38,565 nt of DNA from Tepidiformaceae bacterium. GTDB taxonomy: Bacteria > Chloroflexota > Dehalococcoidia > Tepidiformales > Tepidiformaceae. The notes under the pieces are model-generated. The model was given only the letters and a program-made list of their open reading frames with translations. It searched no databases and was not told where the DNA came from. Shown piece by piece: positions 38,098 through 38,565 of this stretch (position 1 is its first letter; every line of letters starts with the position of its first letter). The stretch is from positions 1 to 38,565 of the forward strand of contig JBPPMX010000281.1 of assembly GCA_051306275.1 (NCBI GenBank), read 5' to 3'. A program made the position numbers and the translations under genes.

Positions 38098-38565
38098 GTG
38101 ACGCATCCACACAACGCGAGTCGCTACTGCATGCATTGTGGGCAGCGCCTGACCTCGGCGTTGCCAGAGGGCGACACGAAGCGACGACTGGTGTGCCTCG
38201 ACTGCGGGTTCATCCACTACATCAACCCGCGTCCGGTGGCAGGGACGATCCCGGTCGATGGCGAAGGCAGGGCGCTGCTTGTGCGGCGCGCGATCGAGCC
38301 GAAGATTGGGCACTGGGTGTTCCCGGGCGGGTACATGGACATCGGCGAGAGCGCGGAGGAGGCAGCGGCGCGGGAGACGATGGAGGAAGCGTGCCTGGAA
38401 GTAGCGAACCTGCGGCTGCTCGGGGTGTACACCCGGCAGGGGCCGGGGGTGGTGGTGATCGTCTACGAGGCGGAGGCGCTCGGCGTGGGCGCCATCGGGA
38501 ACGAGACATCGGAGATCGGCTGGTTCCACCCCCACGAGATCCCGTGGGAGCTGATCGCGTTCGAT
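38098..38565 (+). CDS. NUDIX hydrolase with an N-terminal zinc ribbon (NudC-like architecture), 3'-truncated by the window end
   Basis: My own translation: YCMHCGQRL...LVCLDCGFIHYINPRP (CxxC...CxxC), then the Nudix box GGYMDIGESAEEAAARETMEEACLEV. The frame is open to the window edge, so it is absent from the ORF track. Confidence 0.75.
   Translation, partial: MTHPHNASRYCMHCGQRLTSALPEGDTKRRLVCLDCGFIHYINPRPVAGTIPVDGEGRALLVRRAIEPKIGHWVFPGGYMDIGESAEEAAARETMEEACLEVANLRLLGVYTRQGPGVVVIVYEAEALGVGAIGNETSEIGWFHPHEIPWELIAFD

Overview
High-GC (about two-thirds G+C by eye), gene-dense bacterial chromosomal window. Nearly all real genes were recognised by reading motifs in the supplied translations; no similarity search was run. 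Thr/Pro-rich TPTRT linkers, likely leaderless promoters and Ni-SOD suggest Chloroflexota (Thermomicrobia-like) or a related high-GC lineage, but this is a guess. I found no rRNA, tRNA, CRISPR array, transposase or integrase. Content in order: a winged-helix regulator (5' region looks frame-broken), a frameshifted DinB-like gene, a membrane protein, a divergent DnaA-family initiator, a MerR regulator plus a His-rich small membrane protein, pterin-4a-carbinolamine dehydratase, a Tat-signal family-5 solute-binding protein, a 31-aa membrane peptide coupled to PmbA/TldE, a PNPOx-like protein, the sodN-sodX nickel superoxide dismutase pair, and a 4-cluster ferredoxin. Next comes a cysteine/sulfur-carrier operon: Rrf2 regulator, cysK, a Ubl-E1 fusion, a CysO-like carrier and cysM. 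It is followed by an alkaline-phosphatase-family protein, recQ, DUF3052, a flavin reductase, a Phd/VapC toxin-antitoxin pair, GNAT, pckA, yajQ, the methylmalonyl-CoA mutase large subunit, and a DUF433/DUF5615 TA-like pair. The window ends with ctaG, purM, a hybrid histidine kinase, a five-gene MoxR-DUF58-DUF4381-VWA-VWA/TPR (Bat-like) operon, a secreted CAP-domain protein, comF, moaD-moaE and a partial zinc-ribbon NUDIX gene. The best candidates for something unusual are three. First, the sulfur-carrier locus: a beta-grasp Ubl fused to its E1, duplicated as a free carrier with a blocked GG tail. Second, the divergent DnaA paralogue. Third, the tightly coupled MoxR/VWA operon with a poly-acidic tail. 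Two apparent frameshifts in the first 1.6 kb may be real decay or assembly indels.
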